A stretch of 64,000 bases of DNA, taken from NCBI GenBank assembly GCA_963786105.1, contig CAWAXX010000002.1, forward strand, positions 1 to 64,000, written 5' to 3'. This stretch comes from Vulcanimicrobiota bacterium (GTDB lineage Bacteria; Vulcanimicrobiota; Vulcanimicrobiia; Vulcanimicrobiales; Vulcanimicrobiaceae). A program made the position numbers and the translations under genes. Shown in pieces: positions 8,414 through 17,166 of this stretch; the first letter of the stretch is position 1; the number at the start of each line of letters is the position of its first letter. The notes beneath the pieces are model-generated. The model saw only the letters and a program-made list of their open reading frames with translations. It made no database searches and had not been told where the DNA came from.

Positions 8414-11400
8414 AACGAGTGTGACTCCCTCATCGTGCAAGTGACCGTCGAGAGTTTGCACGTCGGACTAACGTACCCTTTATCGCGGCGGGCAGCCTCC
8501 GCGAAGGCGCAAAGGAGGTTCACCAATGCCATTTGCTCGGGCGTCCGGCAGTCCACGTCGAGCAATCTTGGGCTGCACACCAGCACGCTCATCGCGCGGG
8601 CGCGCGATATGGCAACGTTGAACCGATTGCGCTCGAACAGAAACTGGAGATCGCGCGGTACGTTCTCTCCGGCGGAGGTTGCCATCGAATAAAACACGAC
8701 CGGCGCTTCCTGACCTTGGAATTTGTCCACCGTTCCGACGCGCACGTGGATCCCGGCATCGACGAGCTTGCGCGCGATCAGACGGCGCTGCGCGTTGTAG
8801 GGGGTCACGACGATGACGTCGTCGCTCGAGATCGGGCGCGGCACCCCGTTCGACTCCGCCCGCGAATCGACGAATGTGCCTTGAAGGATAAGCTGGATTT
8901 CGCGCACGATGCGAGCGGCTTCCTCGGGCGAGCTCGAGCTATTGCCCGCGTGTTCGACCGGCAGGTAGTACAGGCCGGCACTATCCTCGCCGCCGACCGT
9001 CACGTGGTGTAGGGCCGTCTCGGGAGCGGCTTTGAGCCTGGAATCGTACATCGCGTCGGAGATGAACGCACAAATCTCGGGCTGCATGCGATAAGACACG
9101 TCGAGAAAGATCCCGCGGTGCGGCGGAATCGTTTGTTCGTCGCAAAGCAAATGCTGGAGCACCGAGTAGCCGGCGCGTTCCGGATGGACGCCCTGGCTCA
9201 CCTGGGCGAGCTGAGATGGATCGCCTAACAGCACCACGTTCTCCGCGCAGGCCGACACGGCGATCGCATCCGCCAGCGAAACCTGACCGGCTTCGTCGAT
9301 GAACAGATAGTCGAAGCGTCCAACGAGTTCGTCGCGAGCGAACAGCCACGACGTCCCGGCCGCGAGTTGGTACTCGGGGTCATCGAAGCCTTTGTTCTCG
9401 TGGGTAGCTTCGACGAATGAGTGAGCCAGCGGCGAATCATACTTCGATCCGAGGTTGTCGTTGCTGAATTTGTACAACCCGCGGAAACGGGCGCCACGTT
9501 CCGCCATCTCAAGCTCGATTTTATTGAGAAGGTTGTGAATCGCTTTGTGACCGGTGCTGCTGACTCCGACGCGTTTTCCTAGTTGGAGCAAGTCGCAAAT
9601 GACGCCGGCACCGGTCGTCGTCTTGCCGCTGCCAGGCGGCCCTTGAATGAAAACGTAGCTTCTATCGAGCGATCGTACGATCGCCGAAACCGTCGCAGGA
9701 GTAACGCGTTCGGGTTGAATGACGGCACCGGCGGGAATACCGGTTAGGCGTGGATCGCGAGCCGTCAGCAGGTCGAACGTCGCGCGGCGTTCGTCGACCA
9801 GGCGGCCCGCGGCGAACAGTTCGGCGATTCTCTTTAGAGCCTTCCGTTGCACGTCGGTGGGCAGCGGGTGTCGAGGAATGAGTGCGGTAACGGCGCGTGC
9901 CTCGGCGACCGATCCGGTACGTTTGAGACGCAGTTCGCGGCGATCTTCATCGATGCCGACGATCTTGCCGGCGGTCTTGTACGGCTCGGTTGAAGGGTCG
10001 TGCGGCGTGTCGCCCTCCCACAGTTTGTACGGTTGAACCGGAAAGCGATACGTATAGATGTAGCTACGCTTTACGATCTCGGGCGGGACGTCTTCCCGAA
10101 GGCTCAGACCAAATATCGCGTCACCGTCCTCGAGCAGCCGGTCGACGTTTTCGCGGCGGTCGAAGTACGCCCAGTATTCAGGTTTCTCTTCGCGCCGATG
10201 GTACGCGAGAAGGTGCGCGAGCAGATGGTGCGTCCGCGCGTCGTCCGAAGCGTCGGCTAGCAGGTAACGTTCCAGTTCGCTCAGACGCCGTTCTTCGCGC
10301 TCTTCCTTTTGACGCGCTTCGCACGTCGGACAGTTGGCGACGAACTCGGCGTGGCAAGGTTCGCCCGGCATCTTCACCGGCCGAAGCGGAACGTTCAAGC
10401 CCAGCGACGACATCGCCTCGCGGCGCCGCTCGAACAACCATTCCCGCAGCATGTAGGTGGACAGACAGTCGTTCCGATTATACTCGGTAATGTCCGCCAA
10501 AATATTCGGGTCGCGTTCGAGCCTCCAGCGCTCGAACATGACGATCGACTCGTCGCCTTTCTTGACGCCGGTCTCTCGCTTGAGCCCGTAGAAGTCCTCG
10601 AGTCCCTTGAGCCCGTAACTGCCTTTCGAAACGAGCAACGCCTGTCTAACCACGGGATACAGGTCGACCAGGACCTCACCGCGCAGCAAGTCGTCGACGG
10701 CGTCTTCGCGCGTGCAGTGCTCTTGAGCCAACCGGCGTAGCGCGACTTTTTCGTATGACGCGTAGTGGTACACGTGCATCGCCGGGTGCGCGCGACGCCG
10801 CGCGGCGATGAAGTCGACGAACTCTTCGAAGCGTCGTTTCTCTTCGGCGCGATCGAGCGCCAAAAATGGGCGGTATCGCGGCTCGTCGTCGGGCATCCAG
10901 CAGCCGAAAAGATACTCGAGCCCACGGCCCGGCTCGTAGTACGGATCGCCCTCCATATCGAAAAAGACGTCGCCGGGCGCCGCCTCGGACATCAAGCCGA
11001 AGCCCATCGGCCGCTCGTGGTGCAGCAGTTCGTAGATCGGCCCTTCGCTTCTACCGCGCACTTGAATCGCCGCTTGCCGGCGCAGCTTTTGGTAGATTTC
11101 GCGACCCATTTCTTTGGGACGTGACTCGTCGGAGGCGGCCGCCAGCGCCGCCACGCTGACGATGCCGGCTTCCTCGAACTTGGCAATCTGATCGCGGCGT
11201 ATCCACGCAACCAGGCTGAGGTGATCGTCGTCGATTCTTTGCTGCCGGCAGGCAGCGTCCCAAGCGCACATTTTGCAATGCTCGCACTCGAGCGGATATT
11301 CGATTGGAACGTCATTGGCGAGGTGTGCAGCGTCGCCGGCGAATGCCAGGAACGCCGCCTTGAGGTGGCGATAGTACGCGACGTAGTCGTGCAACTGGAA

Positions 11401-11949
11401 GCTCTTCTCGACATTGTTTCCGAGCACGATGTGGCCGTGCACCGGTGCTAGGCCTTGAAGCCGTTCGACGTGCGCGCTGTAGTTACAGAGTTGGACCAAG
11501 TAATATGGCTTGGGCCGCAGCGCGAGTTTCGTGTCGAGGACTTCATAACTCCACGGGCCGAGCGCCGAAGGCGGCTGGATGCGCCGCAAAAAGTCGGCGT
11601 GACCGATGAACTGGCCGTCGAAAAATGTCGCCTGATAGACGATCGGCGCTCCCGAGGCCATCGCGGCGCGGGTTTGCCGTTCCGCTAGAGCAAAAGCCTC
11701 GACACTTGCCTCGGGACGCGTGAAGCACACGACGGCGTCTCCATAGTGCGCCTGCATCGCTTCCAGGAAGCGCTGCTCGTGTTCTTCGCCCTTGCGCCGC
11801 AGGAGTTGGGCTTGCGCGTCGTCCTCATCCTGCGGGCGTGGCAGTTTCCGGCGCGCCACCAGGGCGTCGAGCTCGGTAAGGCGCTTGCATTCCAGATAGT
11901 TGTTGAGGTCGCTGGCCGCGTAAAGAAGCCGCCCGTCGATCAGCTGCAT
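8410..11949 (-). CDS. TM0106-family RecB-like nuclease fused to RNase H-like domain and SF1 (Dna2/Upf1-like) helicase
   Basis: ADFL..EVLDTKL nuclease motif, CEHCKMCAWDAAC, FFDMEGDP/YN..DC RNase H-like fold, QGPPGSGKT, DEAGQ, GDPSQL, TPYNAQ, TVDKFQGQE, RFNVAISRA. Confidence 0.9.
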   Translation of the reverse strand: MQLIDGRLLYAASDLNNYLECKRLTELDALVARRKLPRPQDEDDAQAQLLRRKGEEHEQRFLEAMQAHYGDAVVCFTRPEASVEAFALAERQTRAAMASGAPIVYQATFFDGQFIGHADFLRRIQPPSALGPWSYEVLDTKLALRPKPYYLVQLCNYSAHVERLQGLAPVHGHIVLGNNVEKSFQLHDYVAYYRHLKAAFLAFAGDAAHLANDVPIEYPLECEHCKMCAWDAACRQQRIDDDHLSLVAWIRRDQIAKFEEAGIVSVAALAAASDESRPKEMGREIYQKLRRQAAIQVRGRSEGPIYELLHHERPMGFGLMSEAAPGDVFFDMEGDPYYEPGRGLEYLFGCWMPDDEPRYRPFLALDRAEEKRRFEEFVDFIAARRRAHPAMHVYHYASYEKVALRRLAQEHCTREDAVDDLLRGEVLVDLYPVVRQALLVSKGSYGLKGLEDFYGLKRETGVKKGDESIVMFERWRLERDPNILADITEYNRNDCLSTYMLREWLFERRREAMSSLGLNVPLRPVKMPGEPCHAEFVANCPTCEARQKEEREERRLSELERYLLADASDDARTHHLLAHLLAYHRREEKPEYWAYFDRRENVDRLLEDGDAIFGLSLREDVPPEIVKRSYIYTYRFPVQPYKLWEGDTPHDPSTEPYKTAGKIVGIDEDRRELRLKRTGSVAEARAVTALIPRHPLPTDVQRKALKRIAELFAAGRLVDERRATFDLLTARDPRLTGIPAGAVIQPERVTPATVSAIVRSLDRSYVFIQGPPGSGKTTTGAGVICDLLQLGKRVGVSSTGHKAIHNLLNKIELEMAERGARFRGLYKFSNDNLGSKYDSPLAHSFVEATHENKGFDDPEYQLAAGTSWLFARDELVGRFDYLFIDEAGQVSLADAIAVSACAENVVLLGDPSQLAQVSQGVHPERAGYSVLQHLLCDEQTIPPHRGIFLDVSYRMQPEICAFISDAMYDSRLKAAPETALHHVTVGGEDSAGLYYLPVEHAGNSSSSPEEAARIVREIQLILQGTFVDSRAESNGVPRPISSDDVIVVTPYNAQRRLIARKLVDAGIHVRVGTVDKFQGQEAPVVFYSMATSAGENVPRDLQFLFERNRFNVAISRARAMSVLVCSPRLLDVDCRTPEQMALVNLLCAFAEAARRDKGYVSPTCKLSTVTCTMRESHSL

Positions 11950-11977
11950 GAAGCGGCATCGCGCGAACGGTGCACCT

Positions 11978-13801
11978 CTAACACCCTTTGGTCGTGCCGG
12001 TGATAACGTAGTTTTTGGACTTGATCGTTTTTCCGTAGCAGCGGGGTTCGAAGCCTAGCGATTTGTACTGCTGACTACTCTTACCGTTTGAGGGCGAGAA
12101 CCCGGAACTGGTGAACGTCAAGGTGTCCGACGAGTTTACGGAATTTTGAAGCAGCCAGCTATCGCTGCCGCGGCGCCGCTGATCCAGCCCGCTGCCGTTC
12201 TTGGTTTGCATGATGGCGGCGTTTTGCGTGGCGCTGCCGCTGGATTGCACGGCGTAGAGATACTTTACGCTCAGGGGCCAGATCGTCTGAGCGTGTGACT
12301 TCAGATTTCCGGTCTTCGAGCTGGTGGTCGCGTCCGAGGTCAGCGTCGTTTGCTGCTTGATGTTCTGCTTAAACTCACTCGAGGTCACGTCGATATTCTG
12401 TACGTTGGAGAACGCGATGCTTTGCGTCACGCTCGTCGTGACGCGCCCGTGCGACGTATTGACGTAGCCTTTGAGGCTGACGGGATGGGTGGCGGAGACG
12501 TCGATCGAGCCCTTCGCATTGCCGGAGGGATCGATCTTCACGTGCTCGACGACCGTCTCCGCCGGCGCGATCGCCGTTCCGTTGCTGACGAGCGTTCCGG
12601 TGACCTGCGACGAACCGTGGTCTTCGTACAAGAGCAGTGCTGCGTTGGTCGCGAAGTAATTGTCGTCATTGAAGACCGAAACGGCGATCGTGTGAGGATT
12701 TCCGTCGTCGAACCACGCTGCAAACGGCGTGAGATTGATGCGATACGGTTTGAAATTGAGCGTTTCGACGCCGGGAATCGGAACCCAAAGGTATGGATCT
12801 ATTCCGCCGCTGTAAATCCACGGATACACCGGTGCCACGCCGGCGGGCTGCCCGTCGACGGTAACTTCGCCTTCGCGAAATCCGGTGCCGCCGCAGTTAT
12901 TCAGCTTCTGGGCGAGGTCGTTCGGAAAACACGTATACCAGAACTCGTCGTTCGACTGCGATTCGAGGAAGACGTCGAGATACGCCGCTTCCACGTTTTG
13001 CGGAAAGGTGAACGAGCCGGTCAGTTGATTGGACGCAGAGTCGAGATAGACGTAGCCGCCGGTCGGTCCCGCCGACAGCGGATACACCGCATCGGCGGCT
13101 TGAGCGGCCGGGAACTGGCTAGTTGCCTGATAGAATTCGAGCTCGGCCGTTCCGTAGATGACGCCCGTATATTGGGAGTTGACGATATTGTAGACGGAAG
13201 CTTGTCCGGTCGACGGCTGTGCGAAGATCGGCGCGTATTCGGTGACGTCGCGTTCGACGTTCCACTCCGGGCTCGCATTTTGCCCCGGCTCGGCCGTGGT
13301 TCCGAAGAACACGTTGGTCGCGCCGATCCAAACGGCAGCCGTGCGATCGTATTGCACGCCGGCCGAAACCCGGAAATGCATCTTGAAGATGATTTTGGCG
13401 TACGGGCCGGCGCAGTTCGACGGCGGCGCATAGTTGAACGGGTGATCGCTGTAGTCGGCGAAATCGCCGACGGGCAAGCCGCTGGGACTGAGCGGCGGCG
13501 TGTGCGGATTGAAGAGCTTGACCACGCAGGGAGTCTCCGCGGGATGTGCGACCGGCGGATCGGCGGTTACCGGATAGCCGGCACCGCCTTGCCGCGCTTC
13601 CATCTTGCCGTGCTCGGCCATCTCCCGCATCGTTCGCGTGCTGCGAACGATCGACAACGGTCCCGTTGCGCGTCGCTGCGCTTGGAAGCCCGATGGAATG
13701 GGCGAGCCCATCGAGCCATGCCCCCCGCATCCCGCTAGTGCGACCGCCAGAACGAAAGCCGCTGCTACTTCACGACGGGCCGTCGCCGTTACACCCTGCA
13801 T
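11978..13801 (-). CDS. PNGase A-family peptide-N-glycosidase, lipoprotein
   Basis: Lipobox LAGC. GVQYDR, FGTTAEP, DEFWY, FRE.EV.VDG, P.IYSGGI.P.LW are characteristic of plant PNGase A and bacterial PNGase H+. Confidence 0.85.
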   Translation of the reverse strand: MQGVTATARREVAAAFVLAVALAGCGGHGSMGSPIPSGFQAQRRATGPLSIVRSTRTMREMAEHGKMEARQGGAGYPVTADPPVAHPAETPCVVKLFNPHTPPLSPSGLPVGDFADYSDHPFNYAPPSNCAGPYAKIIFKMHFRVSAGVQYDRTAAVWIGATNVFFGTTAEPGQNASPEWNVERDVTEYAPIFAQPSTGQASVYNIVNSQYTGVIYGTAELEFYQATSQFPAAQAADAVYPLSAGPTGGYVYLDSASNQLTGSFTFPQNVEAAYLDVFLESQSNDEFWYTCFPNDLAQKLNNCGGTGFREGEVTVDGQPAGVAPVYPWIYSGGIDPYLWVPIPGVETLNFKPYRINLTPFAAWFDDGNPHTIAVSVFNDDNYFATNAALLLYEDHGSSQVTGTLVSNGTAIAPAETVVEHVKIDPSGNAKGSIDVSATHPVSLKGYVNTSHGRVTTSVTQSIAFSNVQNIDVTSSEFKQNIKQQTTLTSDATTSSKTGNLKSHAQTIWPLSVKYLYAVQSSGSATQNAAIMQTKNGSGLDQRRRGSDSWLLQNSVNSSDTLTFTSSGFSPSNGKSSQQYKSLGFEPRCYGKTIKSKNYVITGTTKGC

Positions 13802-13885
13802 AGTCGAAACCTCCGCACTCGACGATAATCTGGCTGGCGATTTCCTCGACGGGCGTGCGTTTCCTCGCAGCGGCCCGAGCTTTGC

Positions 13886-14638
13886 CTACGCGTCGAAACG
13901 GACGAGCAGCGCCGAGTGGTCCGTAAGCCGCTCTTCGCGGAACCCGTGGTCGTAGTCGGCCGCACGCACCGTCGCCAGAAGCGACGGCGAAACGAAAGCC
14001 TTGTCTATTCGCCACCCGTTTCGTCCTTCGTGCTCGGGATCGAGACGGAAAGGGACCCAACTGTATTCGCGCCCGCGTGGATGCATGGCGAGCCACGCCT
14101 CCGTCCAGTAGCACTCCAGCTCGGCATACAAATCGGCCGTGCTGAACTCGTCGGCGAGGCGCCCGGTTCGGACGTTGAGCTCGATATCGGTCTCGTTGCG
14201 CCCAGAATTGAAGTCTCCAATGCAGGCTGCGTCGCGCCCGCGATCGTTGTATCGCTGAGCCGCCGCGATGAGGCAGCGCAGGTGCGGGCGCTTTCGGTCC
14301 TGCCCCGGCAGGTAAGCGCCAAAGAGATCCAAGCGGCCGAAGCGCGCGAGCAACAGCGCGTCGGGATACTCGTCTTCGCCCAATCCGAACGGATTGCGAA
14401 AGCTTTCGAAGCGATCCCGCGCTGCGATCAGGACGCCGTTGCCGCGATGTCCTTGCGTCCACGCTTGATGTTCCAAACCGGCGAGGCGTACTCTGTCGCG
14501 CAATCGCTCGCCGGCTGGAGTGTCACGGTATTCCGAAAAAATCGCCACGTCCGGATGATGATCGGCGCAGCGCTCGACCAAGCGATCGAGCGTCGCGCGG
14601 TTTCCTCCCGATCGCACGTTGATCGCTAAGACGAGCAC
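13886..14638 (-). CDS. Endonuclease/exonuclease/phosphatase (ExoIII-like) family protein
   Basis: LAINV, DVAIFSE, GDFNSG, YSW, GWRIDKAF, TDHSAL. GTG start inferred. Confidence 0.85.
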   Translation of the reverse strand: MLVLAINVRSGGNRATLDRLVERCADHHPDVAIFSEYRDTPAGERLRDRVRLAGLEHQAWTQGHRGNGVLIAARDRFESFRNPFGLGEDEYPDALLLARFGRLDLFGAYLPGQDRKRPHLRCLIAAAQRYNDRGRDAACIGDFNSGRNETDIELNVRTGRLADEFSTADLYAELECYWTEAWLAMHPRGREYSWVPFRLDPEHEGRNGWRIDKAFVSPSLLATVRAADYDHGFREERLTDHSALLVRFDA

Positions 14639-14750
14639 GCGCTGCCAACCTTTGTCATGAGGGCGATATTTACCCGGGCCGATCGTTGGGTACCATATGG
14701 GCATGCTCGAACTACAAACGAGGGAACGCGTATGAGCCGACAAAGATGGG

Positions 14751-16187
14751 GTGATGCCCCTGAGGCGGACGCTCGTTCCGTGGATAGCGCCATGGGTCAT
14801 CGCCTTGGCAACGATCGTCGTCGCGTTGCTGGTTGCGGGCGTGCTGATTCGTAACTCCGTCGCCGCAACGATCGCTACCGGACAGAGCATTCGCGACGCG
14901 CGGACGCTGGTGTTCGACGCTATCAAAGCCCAACTCGACGAAGAGACCGGTCTTCGAGGCTATTTGGCCACCCACGACCGCACGTTTCTCCAGCCGTACG
15001 AGTCGGGAAAGAATCAAATGCCGCTCCTGCTCCCCCGTCTCGACGCGGCCGTGCGGGAGTTGGGCTTGCTCGACGCAGCCTCGGCGGCCGAGGACATGCG
15101 GCGGACCAACGACGCTTGGGTCGCGTCGTTTGCCACGCCGCTGCTCGCGCATCGCGTGCAGAACTCATTGACCCTGCAACGGCTCGGCAAGAGTTTCGTC
15201 GACCGGTTTCGTGTCGACCGGAAGACTGCCGAGCGAGCGTTAATCGTGCGCAACGACGAGCTGCGCAATGAATTTCGAACCGAACTCATGCGCCTGAGTG
15301 CCTTAATCGTCGTCGCCGCATTGCTGTTGCTCGGCGTCGGTCTGACGTTTGCGATGCTCACGGCACGAGCTTGGAATCGGCTCGATGCGGTACGCCAACA
15401 GCGCGAAGAAGCGCGCATGCGCGAGCGCGACTTGAGAGTCGCGTACGAAGCGGAACGGCGCATCGCTACCACGCTGCAAGACGCCTTTCTGCAGCGGGAG
15501 CTTCCAAAGGTGGCCTCGATGAACCTCAGCGCCACCTACGTCCCGGCATCCGAGGAAGCCAAGATCGGAGGAGATTGGTACGACGCGTTCGAGGTCGGGC
15601 CCGAGCGCATTCTCTTCTCGATCGGCGACATCGCCGGACACGGCCTCGATGCGGCCGTTGCCATGCGCCAAGTTCGGGATGAGATGCTGACCGCGGCGCT
15701 GCTAAATTCAAACGTGCCCGCGATCCTCACGCACGTCAACGAGCGCATCATGAGCGGCAATGCCCCACAACCCATGGTGACGGCAGTCGTCGGCGTTGCC
15801 GACGCCGGAGCCCTTGCGTTCGAATATTCGACCGCCGGGCACCCGCCGCCTATTCTCGTCGAGCCGGGTAAAAAACCGCGCCTGCTTGCTTTTGGAGGAT
15901 TGCCGTTGGGCGTGTCCGAGAATCCGGCTTACAGCATGCATCGTGTAGAGACGGTACCGGGTGCCATGCTGGTGCTTTATACCGACGGTGCCGTCGAACA
16001 CTCGCGCAACATCATCGATGGAGAACGAACGCTGCTCGAAGCGATTGCCGGTGCTCCCGGCGGCGAGGATATGGCGACGGCGATCTACAACGCGATCTTC
16101 GGCAACCGGCTGGTCGGCGACGACGTCGCGATCTTGACGATCGGATTTGCGTCCAGCCCGGCGCTCGTTTCGAGGAAGTCGGCGTGA
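14751..16187 (+). CDS. Membrane CHASE3 sensor with SpoIIE/RsbU-type PP2C phosphatase
   Basis: Two TMs flank DEETGLRGYL..FLQPY (CHASE3). GGDWYD, IGDIAGHG, AGHPPP, YTDG, DDVA (PP2C). Confidence 0.9.
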   Translation: MMPLRRTLVPWIAPWVIALATIVVALLVAGVLIRNSVAATIATGQSIRDARTLVFDAIKAQLDEETGLRGYLATHDRTFLQPYESGKNQMPLLLPRLDAAVRELGLLDAASAAEDMRRTNDAWVASFATPLLAHRVQNSLTLQRLGKSFVDRFRVDRKTAERALIVRNDELRNEFRTELMRLSALIVVAALLLLGVGLTFAMLTARAWNRLDAVRQQREEARMRERDLRVAYEAERRIATTLQDAFLQRELPKVASMNLSATYVPASEEAKIGGDWYDAFEVGPERILFSIGDIAGHGLDAAVAMRQVRDEMLTAALLNSNVPAILTHVNERIMSGNAPQPMVTAVVGVADAGALAFEYSTAGHPPPILVEPGKKPRLLAFGGLPLGVSENPAYSMHRVETVPGAMLVLYTDGAVEHSRNIIDGERTLLEAIAGAPGGEDMATAIYNAIFGNRLVGDDVAILTIGFASSPALVSRKSA

Positions 16188-16528
16188 AAGCGCAACCGGC
16201 CTTCGAAGTGGTTAGCTTGGCCGGGGAACTGGACATCGCGCGTAAAGAAGAGTTGCATCGTGCGCTGCTCGTCGAACCGGCGATGCGCGGCATCCTGCTC
16301 GACTTGAGCGAGGTTACCTATGCCGATTCCACCGCGCTGACCGAACTGCTTCGTTTTCGAATTCGCGCGAAAGAAGACCGTATCCCGGTTGCGACCGTCG
16401 TCGCCAGCGAGCAGTTGGATCGCATCATCCGGTATGCGGGGCTTCACGAAGTCTTCGAAATTTTTGAAAACCGCGCCGACGCATTGGCGTATTTGGAAAG
16501 AACGCATAATGGCGAACGGCCAGTTTAG
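16184..16528 (+). CDS. STAS-domain anti-sigma factor antagonist (RsbV-like)
   Basis: GELDI, LDLSEVTYADSTAL containing the phosphoacceptor Ser. GTGA overlap. Confidence 0.88.
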   Translation: MKAQPAFEVVSLAGELDIARKEELHRALLVEPAMRGILLDLSEVTYADSTALTELLRFRIRAKEDRIPVATVVASEQLDRIIRYAGLHEVFEIFENRADALAYLERTHNGERPV

Positions 16529-16892
16529 TTTCGAGTGCGAAGCACTCGCCGAAACGGCGGCCCCAATGCGTCATGCCCTCGCAGCGTTCTTGCACGCTCT
16601 CGACATCCCCGAATCCATTCAACTCGATGTCATCACCGCCGTCGGCGAAGCCCTCGCCAACGCCGTCGAACACGCCTACCGCGACAGACCCGTCGGCGAG
16701 GTCAAGATCGTCGCTCGCATGGAACCAGGCGGAGTTCTCGCCGTTGAGGTCGTCGATCGAGGGACGTTCACCGAGCCGAGGCATCGGCCCAACCGCGGGT
16801 TTGGCCTTCGCATCGTGCGTTCCGTCGCGCACGAGGTCGACCTGCATACCGAAGCGGGGACGACGGTGCGGATGCGCTTCGAACTGCCATAA
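16509..16892 (+). CDS. RsbW-like anti-sigma Ser kinase (HATPase_c)
   Basis: EALANAVEHAY (N box), D.G, RGFGL, GTTV. ATG at 16509. Confidence 0.88.
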   Translation: MANGQFSFECEALAETAAPMRHALAAFLHALDIPESIQLDVITAVGEALANAVEHAYRDRPVGEVKIVARMEPGGVLAVEVVDRGTFTEPRHRPNRGFGLRIVRSVAHEVDLHTEAGTTVRMRFELP

Positions 16893-16901
16893 TCTGCGCG
16901 T

Positions 16902-17161
16902 TGTCATCCTAAGCGGAGCGCTGCTGTGTCATCCTGAGCGGAGGCGCGAAGCGCCGCAGTCGAAGGACCGGCTCCCGGAATTACTCGCCACCCTCGGGAC
17001 GTTCGCGTTTTCGCGTCAATGCGAAAACGCTACTCGGCTGGCGCGTCGCTCTCGGCATCCGTGCCTTCGCTCCGCGTCCAGACGCCCTCGGGTGGGCGAG
17101 TAATTACGACGTCGTCGTCCTTCGACTGCACTCGCTATCGCTCGCTCCGCTCGGGATGACA
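16902..17161. repeat. Composite REP cluster: partial copy (16902-16918), full copy (16927-16967), inner palindromic element (16979-17105), inverted copy (17118-17161)
   Basis: tgtcatcctgagcggag...gcagtcgaagga and its inverted variant flank an element with terminal IR aattactcgcc/ggcgagtaatt and internal hairpins. Confidence 0.85.
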
Positions 17162-17166
17162 GGGGT

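Noticed and set aside
8410..11949. Cas4-like nuclease as a sign of CRISPR-Cas
   Set aside because: No cas1/cas2 or repeat-spacer array is present, and the architecture is the stand-alone TM0106 type.
13841..13867. tttcctcg direct repeat upstream of the PNGase gene
   Set aside because: Only two copies at 19-nt spacing, with no adjacent regulator; could be chance.
16902..17161. Repeats as a CRISPR array or tRNA
   Set aside because: Copies are inverted and dispersed without regular spacers, and there is no cloverleaf, T-loop context or CCA end.
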